A DNA stretch of 62,698 bases, filler included, from Candidatus Omnitrophota bacterium (lineage in GTDB: Bacteria > Omnitrophota > Gorgyraeia > Tantalellales > Tantalellaceae), in assembly GCA_043813915.1 (NCBI GenBank). It is 5 parts of 5 records of this genome, joined end to end, with 100 filler letters (N's around TTAATTAATTAA, not from the genome) between each part and the next. Parts side by side here need not be neighbours in the genome. Positions count along the whole stretch, not along the records: positions 57,840 to 62,698 come from JBDRKO010000050.1; 4 more parts are not named here. One strand, written 5' to 3'. Shown here piece after piece: positions 62,501 to 62,698 of the stretch (positions within the stretch are counted from its first letter, which is position 1; each line of letters starts with the position of its first letter). A program made the translations under genes and the position numbers. The notes beneath the pieces are model-generated. The model made no database searches, was not told where the DNA came from, and worked only from the letters and a program-made list of their open reading frames with translations.

Positions 62501-62698
62501 GAGTTCTTCAACTGTCTTCCCATCTTTTTTGGCTTGTAATAAGGCCAACACCATGGGCGTTAAGGCGTCCCTGGTGGAAAGTCCGCTGAAATATCCTGTT
62601 ATTGTACTGTTATCCGGATGCAAGCTTTTCAGCCAGTTAAGCGTATCCTCGGATATCTGAAACCCTGATGCCCCGATAAAGAACCCGCCGTTAACTTC
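59522..62698 (-). CDS. Second giant protein, C-terminal part: PMM C-terminus + type I PMI-like cupin + conserved tail (5' truncated)
   Basis: Frame open to the window edge (EVNGG); TRDA, RPSGN, LSLQLH, PHAYG; tail paralogous to giant 1; ends LWAA. Confidence 0.9.
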   Translation of the reverse strand, partial: EVNGGFFIGASGFQISEDTLNWLKSLHPDNSTITGYFSGLSTRDALTPMVLALLQAKKDGKTVEELVNSTFTGKYAGEIVAGLVENTDKNTTPGCEEYTREAGPALIDSLRVYSDEGDKYAQQVVIGEDGKISYLFKGEKKLSKTTPIMKSKADYAVSTLEGYLALVPGLSNVKIEKLTYKTSGIKMYLDNGEVIIIRPSGNSAQFRIYALSPTYERSREIMEAGTLSETGVLVRMIQDFAKPRSLGAAALGEKLPEDIQDRVTKSAYYKNLSIDRQAPVMRALRDLHAIIVMGKRIPFKRFFKLGIDGYKWGLPFSEWIKLGYFEDMEPEAVVEIIYNSLTPEQMRSFQSGYDAWFDDTHSSLGGYSNWVKNEILSGVVAERWFTVGTIEVGGVSLPQEVLEFFPEEVFGAEHIGQYGARSNIVAKHLTSKVPLSLQLHSFDEMIVPLAEGEAWLGLKKDVTAEEFMQASREGKVDEVMNRVKLVPGQPMIVPAFMPHAYGEVNVYEVKAVTAEEDVTGTISFFDRFKFMPMLAELGLKTLAMTKEKLLELNPGRAKKDVLTRDEETLANTEKWLKEAEQKGTLKKLDVSGLVFTPIETFRFHDQIMGTVKFEIMGETDRFVTGRYSVEKDLVMGVPDLLKDRFHTLFVTEGEVEITTGAGDVYNLKRGQKLPVIAAMNGYKIKATEGSAVIYTQAEALPGRVEKLTINKGQKVEGTDIPRHKENVVFAQFPSGKSMASDEIEIVGTDGVTPPRIAVLREHTLTVTGGEVNVIFDGAAEITLETGRSLKIEPGSRYAVQKAADKQAAVRIDYDKTNAENDLYAVYDTINRNIPAMTEKKVDIFVPQTAFRGGGKGDVGSLAWCEDMTEKMLGEGYEIGIKPYDNSNFGKISATTEPGVVGVLIATEENLKSDETKQDVDLQNKLKGIRVLPVSGEDLDNAEISPALFILKAVGTAVMQAQLNKKDISENISIAQDTRTLMSQLANRSVVRNDLYYMLPYNDTASMLSEMEEIFDGTVMSVMQFMDRLVDRLKLRPMEPLTPNLQQEIENRMKTLWAA

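Overview
Five contigs joined by N/TTAATTAATTAA/N linkers (gaps at 21083-21182, 40955-41054, 49341-49440, 57740-57839), so adjacency across gaps is unproven. The source is bacterial. The giant signal-peptide proteins with an IQDAH-type N-terminus suggest Omnitrophota; this is recall-based inference, not a search result. Contig 1 is accessory: Fic, MNT-HEPN toxin-antitoxin pair, GH5-like hydrolase, many small exported proteins, NYN nuclease, hemerythrin and a complete IS30. Contig 2 carries nifU-nifS, a TPP-riboswitch-led thiE-thiS-thiG-thiH-thiF cluster, a RAYT transposase with cognate REPs, and a nitrogen cluster (porin-amtB-glnK, then gltB-gltD and a PPDK-like protein). Contig 3 has recN, a cold-shock gene, PilZ, a TPR-gluzincin and glycerol utilisation genes. 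Contigs 4-5 hold two paralogous giant multi-enzyme proteins and a stand-alone paralog of one of their domains. Top leads: (1) an apparently exported >2650-aa protein fusing an EreA/ChaN/Tiki-like head, a nucleotidyltransferase, a phosphomannomutase, a motif-permuted phosphomannose isomerase and a C-terminal module shared with the second giant; (2) a TPP aptamer interrupted by an 88-nt structured insert; (3) an ANTAR-like attenuator before gltB; (4) a covarying two-hairpin element abutting the RBS of both nifU and glnK; (5) a very diverse set of REP, MITE and heptamer repeats.
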